Shown here: positions 1-9,294 of the stretch, one piece after another
How positions within the stretch are numbered: position 1 is the first letter of the stretch
Layout of the letters: each line of letters starts with the position of its first letter
NCBI GenBank assembly: GCA_039589995.1
Contig: JBDHGH010000005.1
Coordinates: 2,813-66,812 of the forward strand
Reading direction: 5' to 3'
DNA: 64,000 nt
Origin: Gemmatimonadota bacterium
Lineage (GTDB): Bacteria; Gemmatimonadota; Gemmatimonadetes; Palauibacterales; KS3-K002
Notes under the pieces: model-generated
Database searches by the model: none
Told to the model about the DNA's origin: nothing
The model's input: the letters and a program-made list of their open reading frames with translations, nothing else
Made by a program: the position numbers and the translations under genes

Positions 1-380
1 TGGTCTGCTCGGCGGTATCGTTCCCCCCTGAAGAGCAGCCGACAGCTAGGACTAGGGCGGATACGATGATTCGCAAACTCTTAGACATCTTAACTCCACG
101 TGTGGTTAACGTTGCACGGCTCGCTGCCTGCCTGGGCGCGAGCCGGGGCGCGACGGTGGTCGCGTGTGCGGTCGATCGTGGACCGGAGACTACACCCCGC
201 TGCTGGTGACCGCAACTGGCCTGTTGACCGCGCGCTTGGATTTTCGTCGATTGGCTAGCGACGCGAGGGCAGCGAACCGGAGTGCGGATCCGGTGTAGGA
301 AGGACCCTCACTCAGACTTCAGCGCAACGCGGCCATCTGGCTGGCTACTTACAGTCTCGTTCATCTGGAGAATCAAGGTC

Positions 381-2615
381 ATGAGCTTAGCACGACCGAT
401 TACGACCGTCCTTGCAGCGACGCTAGGGTTGTTGGGCGGTACCGCGCCACAGGACGAGGAGGGCTTGAGTTGGCCGCGTGAATTCACGCATGAGGGCTAC
501 CTCGTCGTGGTGTACCAGCCGCAGCTCGAGACGTTCGAGGGTGACAATCTCACGGGGCGAACCGCCGTATCGGTGGTTCCACCGGGCCAAAGTGAGCCGG
601 TGTTCGGAGCCGTGTGGTTCGATGCGATCGTCGAGACCGATCGGGAGGAACGGACGGTAGAGATCGGGGATGTCACCATCCCCAGAGTTCGCTTCCCCGA
701 CGCCAGCGAAGAACAAACGCAGGCGTTGGCGGACGTTCTATCGGAGCAGGCCACAGCCTGGGAGGCGGTCGCGTCGCTGGACCATATCCTGACAAGTCTG
801 GAGATGGTGGAACGAGAGCGTGCGGTCTCGGATGACATTAATACCGAGCCGCCGGATATCCGCGTTACCTACGTGCCGTCCATCCTGGTCACGCTGGATG
901 GCGAGCCGGTACTTCACGACATAGAGAACACAGACCTCCAGGCTGTCGTAAACACGCCCTTTACGATCATCTACTATCCGAGCACGGCGATCTACTATCT
1001 GTATGCGGGACAAGACGCTTGGTTCTACGCCACCGACATGATGGGTTCGTGGGCGGTCACGGACCGAGTCCCCGAGAAAGTGACTTCGCTTGTTCCACCC
1101 GACACGGCACAGGTAGCGGTCGATGAAGCAGACGAGACGGGGCTAGATCTAGATATCAATGACGTCACCGTGGTGGTGGTGACCGAGCCAACGGAGCTGA
1201 TCGTTACAGAGGGGCCACCCGAATACGCCTCGATCGACGGTACCGATCTTCTTTACGTGAGCAATTCGGAGAGCGACGTATTCGTAGAGATAAACTCACA
1301 GCAGTATTTCATCGTTTTGGCCGGGCGATGGTATACCAGCGGGAATTTGGACGGCCCGTGGAGCTTCATTGCGTCGGACTCGATCCCTGCCGATTTCGCC
1401 AAGATCCCTCCAGAGTCGGCGCGCGGTAGCGTGTTGAGTTACGTAGCGGGGACCGATCAGGCGAAGGACGCAGTGCTGGACAACTCGATCCCTCAAACAT
1501 CGGCGATAAGACGCGACGCGACGCTCGAAGTTACCTACGATGGCGATCCCCAGTTCGAGCCCATCGAGGGCACTGAGATGACGTACGCTGTAAACACAGC
1601 CTCGCAAGTCATAGAGGTCGACGGCCGGTATTACGCTTGCGACCAGGCGGTCTGGTACGAATCGGACGGCCCGACCGGGCCGTACACGGTGGCAACCGAA
1701 ATGCCGGACGACATTCAGGACATCCCGCCAGATAACCCGAACTACAACGTCAAGTACGTCTACGTCTACGATTACACACCGGAGGTCGCCTACGTCGGCT
1801 ACACGCCGGGTTACACGGGGAGCTATGTCTACGGTTCTACCGTCGTGTACGGAACGGGCTGGGTCTATCGTCCCTGGATCAGCCCGTTCTTCTTCTATCC
1901 GCGTCCAATGACGTGGGGCTTCCACGTCCGCTTCAACCCGTGGTGGGGCTGGAGTGTTGGGTTCGGATTCCGTTCCGGCCCCTTTCACTTCGGTTTCGCG
2001 ATGGGACCGATGATGTGGCGGCGTCCTATGGGCTGGTGGGGACCGCGCGGCTTCCACCGCGGCTTCAACCGTGGTTTCCACCGCGGCTACGGTGCCGGTT
2101 TTCACGCCGGCTACCGGGCGGGCCAGCGGTCGGCTGCGCGCCAGAACATTTATCGGAACCAGCGCAACGCTTCTCGTAACGTGGATCGGGCCACCGCCCG
2201 CAATCAGATGTCTCAGCGACAGGGCAACCGCGGGGGACAGGCCCGCGACATGTCGCGTACACAGGGTGGCCAGCGCAGCCAGGGTGCGGAGCGACTACAG
2301 CCGTCGCAGGGCCGGAACAACAATCTCTATGCCGACCGCAACGGCGATGTCTACCGTCGGAACTCGGACGGCAGCTGGCAGATGCGCGATAACCAGAACT
2401 GGGGCTCGGCGGACCGATCGGGTACGCAGAACCGCCAGCGGGACGCGAACCGACAGCAGCCGTCGCGGGACCGAGCACAGCCTTCGACTCAGAATCGCAG
2501 CCAGAATCTCAACCGCGAGTACAACTCACGGCAGCGGGGGACGCAGCGGACGCAGAGCTATAATCGGCAGCGCTCGGGTGGTGGCGGGTCCCGTGGTGGA
2601 GGCAGGAGACGTTAA
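381..2615 (+). CDS. Secreted hypothetical protein. Central region rich in aromatic and Gly residues (YVYVYDY, GFHRGFNRGFHRGYGAGFHAGY), followed by a disordered Gln/Asn/Arg/Ser-rich tail of about 240 aa.
   Basis: Long ORF. Start moved to ATG 381 with AAGG 6 nt upstream, which gives a signal-peptide-like N-terminus (MSLARPITTVLAATLGLLGG). The ORF-track start at 282 is a GTG further upstream. No recognisable catalytic motif. Confidence 0.55.
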   Translation: MSLARPITTVLAATLGLLGGTAPQDEEGLSWPREFTHEGYLVVVYQPQLETFEGDNLTGRTAVSVVPPGQSEPVFGAVWFDAIVETDREERTVEIGDVTIPRVRFPDASEEQTQALADVLSEQATAWEAVASLDHILTSLEMVERERAVSDDINTEPPDIRVTYVPSILVTLDGEPVLHDIENTDLQAVVNTPFTIIYYPSTAIYYLYAGQDAWFYATDMMGSWAVTDRVPEKVTSLVPPDTAQVAVDEADETGLDLDINDVTVVVVTEPTELIVTEGPPEYASIDGTDLLYVSNSESDVFVEINSQQYFIVLAGRWYTSGNLDGPWSFIASDSIPADFAKIPPESARGSVLSYVAGTDQAKDAVLDNSIPQTSAIRRDATLEVTYDGDPQFEPIEGTEMTYAVNTASQVIEVDGRYYACDQAVWYESDGPTGPYTVATEMPDDIQDIPPDNPNYNVKYVYVYDYTPEVAYVGYTPGYTGSYVYGSTVVYGTGWVYRPWISPFFFYPRPMTWGFHVRFNPWWGWSVGFGFRSGPFHFGFAMGPMMWRRPMGWWGPRGFHRGFNRGFHRGYGAGFHAGYRAGQRSAARQNIYRNQRNASRNVDRATARNQMSQRQGNRGGQARDMSRTQGGQRSQGAERLQPSQGRNNNLYADRNGDVYRRNSDGSWQMRDNQNWGSADRSGTQNRQRDANRQQPSRDRAQPSTQNRSQNLNREYNSRQRGTQRTQSYNRQRSGGGGSRGGGRRR

Positions 2616-2617
2616 GA

Positions 2618-2832
2618 GGGAGACGAACATCGAACATCGATCAAGGAACATCGAAAGTTGAAGATGGAGACGAACGGCGCGAACAGCTAATAAAGAACAC
2701 CGAATCCGAATATCCAAGGCACAACGTTTTCGCCGTCCGATAGATGTTCGTATTCGATGTTCGATGTTTCCCAGGTTCGTCTCCATCTTCGAACTTCACA
2801 TATCGATGTTGGATGTTCGATGTTCGTCTCCC
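2618..2832. repeat. 215-bp imperfect inverted-repeat element with GGGAGACG...CGTCTCCC termini and many GAACATCG octamers
   Basis: Arms 2618-2676 and 2766-2832 are reverse complements with few mismatches. AT-richer than the flanks. Confidence 0.7.
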
Positions 2833-3636
2833 TAATACCGTCCCCGCCGCCTCTCCTTGGAGGGTAGGATTTCATTGCATGTGGTCCACCAGCCCGTGAC
2901 AATCGTCTCGACAAACTGATCCGGCAGTCCTTCATCTCGCATTTCCTCCGCGAGTGCTTCGTGATCGTACGAGACCGGTACGAATTCGACCTCTAGAGCC
3001 TCGCCTTCCAGCGATAGCATCGTGTACCAGACGTGGGTGTTCCCATCGTTGGCCGGTCGACCGATGGCGCCCACGTTGACGACCAGCCGTTCACCTGGCA
3101 GCTCGCGGCTCCAGTGCAGGCCCGTGTGAGTGCAGAGGATGACATCCGCGTCGAAGTCGTCAAGCAGCTTTTCCAAGAAGTGTGTGGGTGAAGTGGACTC
3201 CCATAGGAACTCGTTCATGCGTCGTGGGCTGACATGGCACAGAAGTGCCCGCCGGTCACCCAGGCGGATGTGCAGATGTTCGGGCAGATCGCCAAGCCAA
3301 GCCCGCCAGGACGAGCTCGTGTTGGTGAGTGTGTAACGGTACGAGATGCGGGCGAAGTGGTTGTCGAGAGGATCGGTGTAGCCGCACTGGCAGTCGTCGA
3401 GGCCGCGGGCGATGGAGTCGTCGTAGTTTCCTCTGATCGTCCGCACATCGTTCTCAACGAGTATAGGGAATACGCGGTCCGGATGCGGGCCGAACGCGCC
3501 GATGTCGCCAAGACAGAACAGTGCTTCCGCACCTCGTCGTCGCGCATCTTCGATTACCGCCCGCAGCGCATGATGATTGGAGTAGACGCCACCAAAGGCG
3601 GCGAGGCGCCTGTACGTGATCGACTCCACGCTCACC
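2832..3636 (-). CDS. Calcineurin-like metallophosphoesterase (YfcE/MJ0936-like)
   Basis: GD...GNYD metallophosphoesterase motifs (LGDIGAFGPHPD, IRGNYDD). GTG start at 3636 overlaps the stop of the upstream radical-SAM gene (GTGA). The 317-aa track ORF from 3785 is probably over-extended. Confidence 0.65.
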
Positions 3637-4582
3637 GTTCCAGGCCGATACCGCTGAAGTTGGAGCAGATGGCGCCGTTCATCCAGCAGGTATAGCAGGC
3701 GTTGTGTTTGAGCTGATAGGGGTGCGCGGCCTCTTCTAGGGTGGCGCCGAGGCGCGCGTCGGCATGGTCGATTAGAATCGGGCAAACAAAGATCCCGCGA
3801 TCGGTGACGATGCGCGCGCTAGAGCAGAGTAGTTGGCTGGTATCGTAGCTCTCCATCATGGCGGACGTAACACGCTCTTCGTCGGAATAGTCGCGAGAGC
3901 GATCCGCCTCTCTTCCAATCTGCAGTGAAGGCAGAATCTTGATTCGAGGACGGTCGTAGCCGATTCGACGGAGGGTGTCGACAAACTGCTGGTAGATCCT
4001 CGCGTCCTCGTGCGGGCACCATACCTGTGCGGCTGTAACGATCGGAAGAAAGCCGTGCTCGACCAGGCGCTTAATTCCCTGCATGGCGCGCTCGAACGTG
4101 CCGGCTCCCCGGATCGGGTCGTTCGTCTCCGCCGAGGGGCCATCGAGGCTGACCCGGAGCTCGAGCGAGAACGTTGAGCCGGCGTCGATCTCGGCCAACC
4201 GACGGACAGTCTTCTCGGGCAGGAGGGTCGCGTTGGTGAGCACGCTGGCCGGGCCAATGGCTAGCGCCCGCTCCAGCATAGCGGGCAGGTCCCTGTTCAT
4301 GAAAGGCTCGCCGCCGGTGAAGTAATACTCCTTGACGCCCCACGCTTTCGACTCGTTCAGGTAAGTGTCGACGGTGTCGAGGTCGAGGAACCAGAAGCTG
4401 TGATTGTCGGGTGCACACGAGATGAAGCAGTGCGTGCAACGCAGATTGCATACGGTGCCGGCGACCTGGAACCAGAGGTAGTCAAGGGCGAGCAGCGGGA
4501 CCTGAGGGGCGGTCTCACTGGATAAGCCCGCCTCAGGGGTTGCTCCAGCGGGCACGGGGCTCAAGTTGTTAGCAGCCATCAT
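3632..4582 (-). CDS. Radical SAM enzyme with a C-terminal Cys-rich twitch/SPASM-like extension
   Basis: CNLRCTHC (CxxxCxxC) cluster, GGEP motif, LDG motif. C-terminal CP...C-x2-C-x6-C cysteine set (NACYTCWMNGAIC). Confidence 0.8.
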   Translation of the reverse strand: MMAANNLSPVPAGATPEAGLSSETAPQVPLLALDYLWFQVAGTVCNLRCTHCFISCAPDNHSFWFLDLDTVDTYLNESKAWGVKEYYFTGGEPFMNRDLPAMLERALAIGPASVLTNATLLPEKTVRRLAEIDAGSTFSLELRVSLDGPSAETNDPIRGAGTFERAMQGIKRLVEHGFLPIVTAAQVWCPHEDARIYQQFVDTLRRIGYDRPRIKILPSLQIGREADRSRDYSDEERVTSAMMESYDTSQLLCSSARIVTDRGIFVCPILIDHADARLGATLEEAAHPYQLKHNACYTCWMNGAICSNFSGIGLER

Positions 4583-4730
4583 CCTGCCGAACGTGCGACC
4601 GAGGTGGTCGGTTCCGCAACCGCGGGCATCGGAGTGTCCGCGCTGAGGAGTGATGGCTGGCCCCGCATTGAATCAGAGTACCGGTGTAGCTAGTTTGTGG
4701 GCCCGTTGAGCGCAACTGGCCGGAGGGTCA

Positions 4731-5471
4731 ATGAAGTGGAAATACGCGGGTAAAAGCGACGTCGGAAAGGTCCGGCAAGGCAACGAGGATTCGCTCTTCG
4801 CTGATGCGGAGTGGGGCGTGTTCATCGTGGCCGACGGCATGGGCGGGCACGTCGCGGGCGAGGTCGCCAGCCAGATCGTCGCGGAGACGGTGGGGCCGGG
4901 GGTCTGCGAGGCGGTCCAGTCGGGTCTCAGAGGGGACGACCTGGAAGACCGCGCTATCGAGTTAATCCTGGAGGCCAACCAGAGGATCATCGAGCGAGCC
5001 GACAGCGAGCCCGAGAAACGCGGCATGGGCACTACGCTCACTCTGATGACTCTAGATCCCGAGAACGGCTACATCTTCAACCAGGTGGGCGACAGTCGTG
5101 GCTACCTGCTGAGAGACGGGTCCCTTATCCAGGTCACGTGTGATCATACCGTTGTGCAGCAGCAGGTGGACCGAGGCGCGCTCACACCCGAGCAGGCTCG
5201 CGACCACCCTCTGTCTCACATCCTGACGCGGGCCCTGGGTACGGAGGCGAACGTCGAGCCCGACACTTACGACGGGTCGGTCCACCCAGGAGACCTTTTT
5301 CTTCTGTGTTCCGATGGGCTCAGCGGTATGCTGACCGACGAGATTTTGAAGGAGATTCTCTCGAGACCCACGGGCGAATTGCAGGAGATCCCCGACGCGC
5401 TGATCTCCGCTGCCAACGCTGCGGGTGGCCTGGACAACATCACGGCAGTCGTCGTGCAAGTAACGGAGTAG
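4731..5471 (+). CDS. PP2C-family Ser/Thr protein phosphatase
   Basis: ADGMGGH, metal-binding Asp motifs and C-terminal GGLDNITAVVV, typical of Stp1/PrpC. GGAGG RBS. Confidence 0.85.
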   Translation: MKWKYAGKSDVGKVRQGNEDSLFADAEWGVFIVADGMGGHVAGEVASQIVAETVGPGVCEAVQSGLRGDDLEDRAIELILEANQRIIERADSEPEKRGMGTTLTLMTLDPENGYIFNQVGDSRGYLLRDGSLIQVTCDHTVVQQQVDRGALTPEQARDHPLSHILTRALGTEANVEPDTYDGSVHPGDLFLLCSDGLSGMLTDEILKEILSRPTGELQEIPDALISAANAAGGLDNITAVVVQVTE

Positions 5472-5474
5472 ACG

Positions 5475-6791
5475 CTAAGCTACGAGCTTCGCGATTTCTT
5501 CTTCTGGCGCTGTAACCAGCTCCAGCACCCTTCCGGAGTCTTTCAACTCTATTCGCGGAAACGTGAAGACCCGAAGCACGCGCGCGGCGTGGTAGAGGTC
5601 ACGGCCGAGGCGTGGCAAGTCGATGAGGCCGGCGCGACCCGCCGCTGTAAGTCGTTCTATCGACTCATCGTGGGACAGCATAAGGATGTCGAGTTCGAGC
5701 ATTCCCGCCTTAGCGGGGTAGTCTATGAACAAACTGCCCGGCTCGAGACCCTCTTCGACGGCCAGTCGGTCCTCCAGCGCCACGCGCAAGTCAGGGCGCT
5801 CGTGAAACCAGGGCGCGACCTCGCGCTGTAGTTCCGTCAGAGCACTCGTCAGTGCATCTCCCCACCACTGAGCGGCACGCTTCGGCAGACGGCGATTCCG
5901 CAGATCGGGTATGTATCGGTCGCGGGCGCGTCGTGCGCTGTCAACATCGCTCTCTTCAGCCAGCGCTTCGATAACGCTCAGGGATTCTTCGTCGCCTTTC
6001 CCCACGATGTGTTCGCTTGATGCCCAGCCATCGGTGAGCGCGTCACGAACGAGTCTTTGAAACACTAACGAAGCAGCGCGTACCGCGTGGTGCCAGTAGA
6101 CGTTCCTGAACATCTGGTACTTGGCGAAGAGAAGAGACTCGAGGGCGGAAATGCCTTGCGCCGCAACTCCGACTTCCATGCGGCCGTTGTGCGGGTCGCG
6201 TAGTAGCCGCAGCGAGTCGAGCAGTCGATCCACATCGATATCACCGTACGGAACGCCGCAGAATTGGGCGTCGCGTGTCAGGTACTCGATCTTGTCTAGA
6301 TCCAGTGACCCGGAGACCAAGCCCTGCAGTGGACTCGCCGAGCGTCCGAGGATCAGCTCATGGATCTCATCGAGGGCGCCGGACCCCAACGCTTCGAGCG
6401 ATGCGGCGACCTCCGGGTCAGCCAGGAACTGTCCGGCGGCCTGCTCGTGATCGTCCGGAACGAGGTCGGTCTCCAGTTCCTCCAGGGTGTGGCTGAACGG
6501 GTAATGGCCGATGTCGTGAAGCAAGCCGGCTAGACGTAGAATCGTGGTGTCGCGGCCGGAAAGGCCAGCCAACTCGCCAGCGAACTCCAACCGGCCCAGC
6601 GCTCGGCCAGTCAGGTGGTATACACCCAGGGCGTGATCGAAGCGTGTGTGGACCGCTCCAGGGTAGACGAGATATGCAAGACCGAGTTGTCTGACCCGCC
6701 GCAGCCGCTGGAATGCAGGCGTATCGATCAGGCGGAGCGCCGCCTCATCGATCCAGATGTTATTCCAAACCGGGTCACGGATAACGGTCAT
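5475..6791 (-). CDS. HD-domain dNTP triphosphohydrolase-like protein (COG1078/SAMHD1-like)
   Basis: N-terminal QRLRRVRQLG, HTRFDHALGV and LLHDIGHYPFSH motifs of HD phosphohydrolases. Confidence 0.75.
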   Translation of the reverse strand: MTVIRDPVWNNIWIDEAALRLIDTPAFQRLRRVRQLGLAYLVYPGAVHTRFDHALGVYHLTGRALGRLEFAGELAGLSGRDTTILRLAGLLHDIGHYPFSHTLEELETDLVPDDHEQAAGQFLADPEVAASLEALGSGALDEIHELILGRSASPLQGLVSGSLDLDKIEYLTRDAQFCGVPYGDIDVDRLLDSLRLLRDPHNGRMEVGVAAQGISALESLLFAKYQMFRNVYWHHAVRAASLVFQRLVRDALTDGWASSEHIVGKGDEESLSVIEALAEESDVDSARRARDRYIPDLRNRRLPKRAAQWWGDALTSALTELQREVAPWFHERPDLRVALEDRLAVEEGLEPGSLFIDYPAKAGMLELDILMLSHDESIERLTAAGRAGLIDLPRLGRDLYHAARVLRVFTFPRIELKDSGRVLELVTAPEEEIAKLVA

Positions 6792-6887
6792 GCCAACTCC
6801 CTGTGTGGACTCATCATAAAGCGACCCGCCCCGGAGGGCGAGTCGCTGGCAGTCGCGCGCCGTCGGATCGAGGGGTCCAGGCCGCTG

Positions 6888-7151
6888 CTAGTGAAGGTTC
6901 TGGTACTTTTTCAGGAGCTCGTTTTCGGTCTCCTGAAAATCCGGATTCGGGGCGATGCAGTCCACAGGGCATACCTCTATGCATTGCGGTTCGTCATGCG
7001 CCCCGACACACTCCGTGCATCGCTGGGGGTCAATCCAGTAGACGGGCACGTCGGTGGCCGAGCCTTCGTTGATGGCGTCGTTAGGGCACACCGGTACGCA
7101 CGCGCCGCAATCGATGCACTCGTCTGTGATCATCATCGCCATGGCTGACAA
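6888..7151 (-). CDS. 4Fe-4S ferredoxin (YfhL-like, two CxxCxxCxxxCP clusters)
   Basis: CIDCGACVPVCP and CTECVGAHDEPQCIEVCP motifs. GGAGG RBS 7 nt upstream of the ATG. Confidence 0.85.
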   Translation of the reverse strand: MSAMAMMITDECIDCGACVPVCPNDAINEGSATDVPVYWIDPQRCTECVGAHDEPQCIEVCPVDCIAPNPDFQETENELLKKYQNLH

Positions 7152-7305
7152 ACCTCCGCTCGCAAACGGGAGTGAGAGCTACGTTGCATCAGTGCGAAAA
7201 CGGCCGCTCCTCGTTCAAACGTGGCATAACCCATTGAATAATAGCGCGATAGGCCACCAAGCGGCCAGCAGTTGAGCGATCGGCCCGCTTGCTGTTTAGG
7301 GCAGC

Positions 7306-9021
7306 TCACCAGGCCGGCGGCTCATAGCGGATCGGACGATACTTCGGGAACCACATCGCCTTCTCTAGACGCTCCTCGAGGTTCTCCAGAGCCTCTTCTT
7401 CCGCGTGACCCTCCTCGACGGCGCGCTTCACGACAGCGCAGGCCACGGCGTGCGAGCATTCACGAATGCGAGCCAACTGTGGGTAGACGGCCACCTCGGC
7501 CAAGTCAGCCTCGGTCACCTTATCGGCCAAAGCCTTGGCAGCGGCAAGGAACATCCCGTCGGTCACTCGCTGTGCCCTCGCGACCCAGACGCCCAAGCCT
7601 ACGCCCGGGAAAACGAACGCGTTATTGCCCTGTCCGATGCGGTACTGTCTGCCCTTGTATTCGACCGGATCGAATGGGCTGCCAGTTGCCACGATCGCGC
7701 GTCCATCCGACCAGTGAATGGCCTGTTCGGCGGTGCACTCGCTCTTGCTGGTCGGATTGGACAATGGGAAGACCATCGGCCTCTCGTTGTTTTCGGCCAT
7801 CGCCTTCACGACCGACTCGGTAAACATCCCGGGGGTTCCCGACGTGCCGATCAGGATCGTCGGCTTGGCGTTGACCACGGTCTCCTCGAGCGTGACCCGG
7901 GATCGGTCCTCGCACTCATAGGCATCGAGCTCGCGGACGTCCCGGGCGTAAGCCGCCTTGAAGTCCTCCAAGCCCACGCGGTCATCCGTGACCAGTCCTC
8001 GACTGTCCACCGTCCAGATCCGCTGCCGCGCCTCCTCCAGGGACAGGCCCTCTTCCAGCATGGCTGAGACTAGCAGGTCGGAGATTCCTTGAGCCGAGGC
8101 TCCGGCTCCCGCGAACAGGATCCGCTGGTCCTTCATCGCTTGGCCGGTGATGCGTAAGCCGCAGAACACACCCGCCACGACTACACCGGCGGTGCCCTGG
8201 ATGTCGTCGTTGAACGTGCAAAACTGGTCGCGGAATCGACTCAGCTGGAAGATCGCGTTGCCCTTGAGAAAGTCTTCCCATTGCAGCAGCGCCTCGGGGT
8301 ATACTTTGCGGACGGCCTCCACGAACTTGTCGATGAATTCTTGGTACTGCTCGCCGCGGACTCGCTTCTGGCGCAGGCCCATGTATAGGGGATCGTTCAG
8401 AAGATCTTCGTTATCCGTGCCGACATCGAGCATGATCGGCAATGTGAGTTCGGGCGGAATGCCTGCGCAGAGTGTGTACAGACATAGCTTGCCGATGGGA
8501 ATTCCCATTCCACCTGCGCCCAGGTCGCCAAGCCCCAAGATTCGTTCGCCGTCCGTTACCACGATGATTGCGGGTGGCCGCGGGTGGTTCGCCAGAATCG
8601 ATTCGATTTCGTCTCGTTGCTCGAAGCTGATGTACAGTCCGCGGGCACGCCGCCAGATGTGTGAGAAGTTCTGGCAGGCCTCCCCGACCACTGGCGTGTA
8701 CACGATGGGCATCATCTCGTCGATGTGCTCGTGGACCAATCGGAAGAAAAGGGTTTCGTTCCGATCCTGAAGGCTGGCCAGGTGAATGAATCGCTCGAGG
8801 TCTGTGCTCTTTGCCTTGTAGTTCTCGTAGACTCGGTGCAACTGCTCCTCGAGCGGGAAAATCGCAGGCGGAACGAGCCCTGCGATGCCCAACGATTCAC
8901 GCTCCTCTGCCGTGAATGCCGTTCCCTTGTTGGTGAAGGGGTTGAGCAGAACCGGTCGACCGGTATGGTGGACCGAGTAGTACTCTTCGCCCGTTCGCGG
9001 ATCTATCTTCACAGCCCACAT
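7306..9021 (-). CDS. NAD(P)-dependent malic enzyme
   Basis: Full-length match to the malic enzyme family (GLGDLG, FNDDIQGTAGV, GAGASAQGI Rossmann motif). Confidence 0.9.
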   Translation of the reverse strand: MWAVKIDPRTGEEYYSVHHTGRPVLLNPFTNKGTAFTAEERESLGIAGLVPPAIFPLEEQLHRVYENYKAKSTDLERFIHLASLQDRNETLFFRLVHEHIDEMMPIVYTPVVGEACQNFSHIWRRARGLYISFEQRDEIESILANHPRPPAIIVVTDGERILGLGDLGAGGMGIPIGKLCLYTLCAGIPPELTLPIMLDVGTDNEDLLNDPLYMGLRQKRVRGEQYQEFIDKFVEAVRKVYPEALLQWEDFLKGNAIFQLSRFRDQFCTFNDDIQGTAGVVVAGVFCGLRITGQAMKDQRILFAGAGASAQGISDLLVSAMLEEGLSLEEARQRIWTVDSRGLVTDDRVGLEDFKAAYARDVRELDAYECEDRSRVTLEETVVNAKPTILIGTSGTPGMFTESVVKAMAENNERPMVFPLSNPTSKSECTAEQAIHWSDGRAIVATGSPFDPVEYKGRQYRIGQGNNAFVFPGVGLGVWVARAQRVTDGMFLAAAKALADKVTEADLAEVAVYPQLARIRECSHAVACAVVKRAVEEGHAEEEALENLEERLEKAMWFPKYRPIRYEPPAW

Positions 9022-9294
9022 CGTGTCCTCCTAGTGATTCTGCTCCCGGCTGCTTGTGCCTGAGATTGGCCATCGGTCCCAGCCGACAGCCCACGCTGTC
9101 CTACAGTGTCCCAGCAGCGACTCCTGAAGGGCCCGTAGGCAGGGTCAACAAGCCGAAAGGCGCAAAAAGCGTTCCCGGTAAAACGAGGGGAATAGGCGTG
9201 TTTGAGGGGGTCAGGAGTACATGAGTTTCGGGGTCCGGAGTGGCCGACCGGGCAGTCGACCTACCGGACCCGGACTACTGCTGCCGGTATCTCC

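Noticed and set aside
135-175. Imperfect palindrome around CACGTG (TTAACTCCACGTGTGGTTAAC) upstream of the first gene
   Set aside because: Short and single-copy. Could be a regulator site but there is no supporting context.
1296-2105. Long antisense or alternative-frame ORFs inside large genes. Examples: 1296-2105, 7405-8067, 11152-11805, 16856-17725, 24117-24914, 27407-27865, 32741-33301, 33977-34738, 39129-39731, 50631-51488, 56473-57399, 62995-63696.
   Set aside because: A high-GC genome gives long stop-free stretches in non-coding frames. These translations are Arg/Pro/Ala-rich with no domain signatures, and they overlap well-supported genes.
2526-2935. ORFs 2526-2786 and 2687-2935 on the minus strand
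   Set aside because: They lie within the 2618-2832 inverted-repeat element and the 3' end of the phosphoesterase gene. No coding signal.
3637-3785. Extended 317-aa form of the metallophosphoesterase starting at 3785
   Set aside because: It would overlap the radical SAM gene by about 150 nt in another frame. The GTG at 3636 coincides with the radical SAM stop, the classic coupling arrangement.
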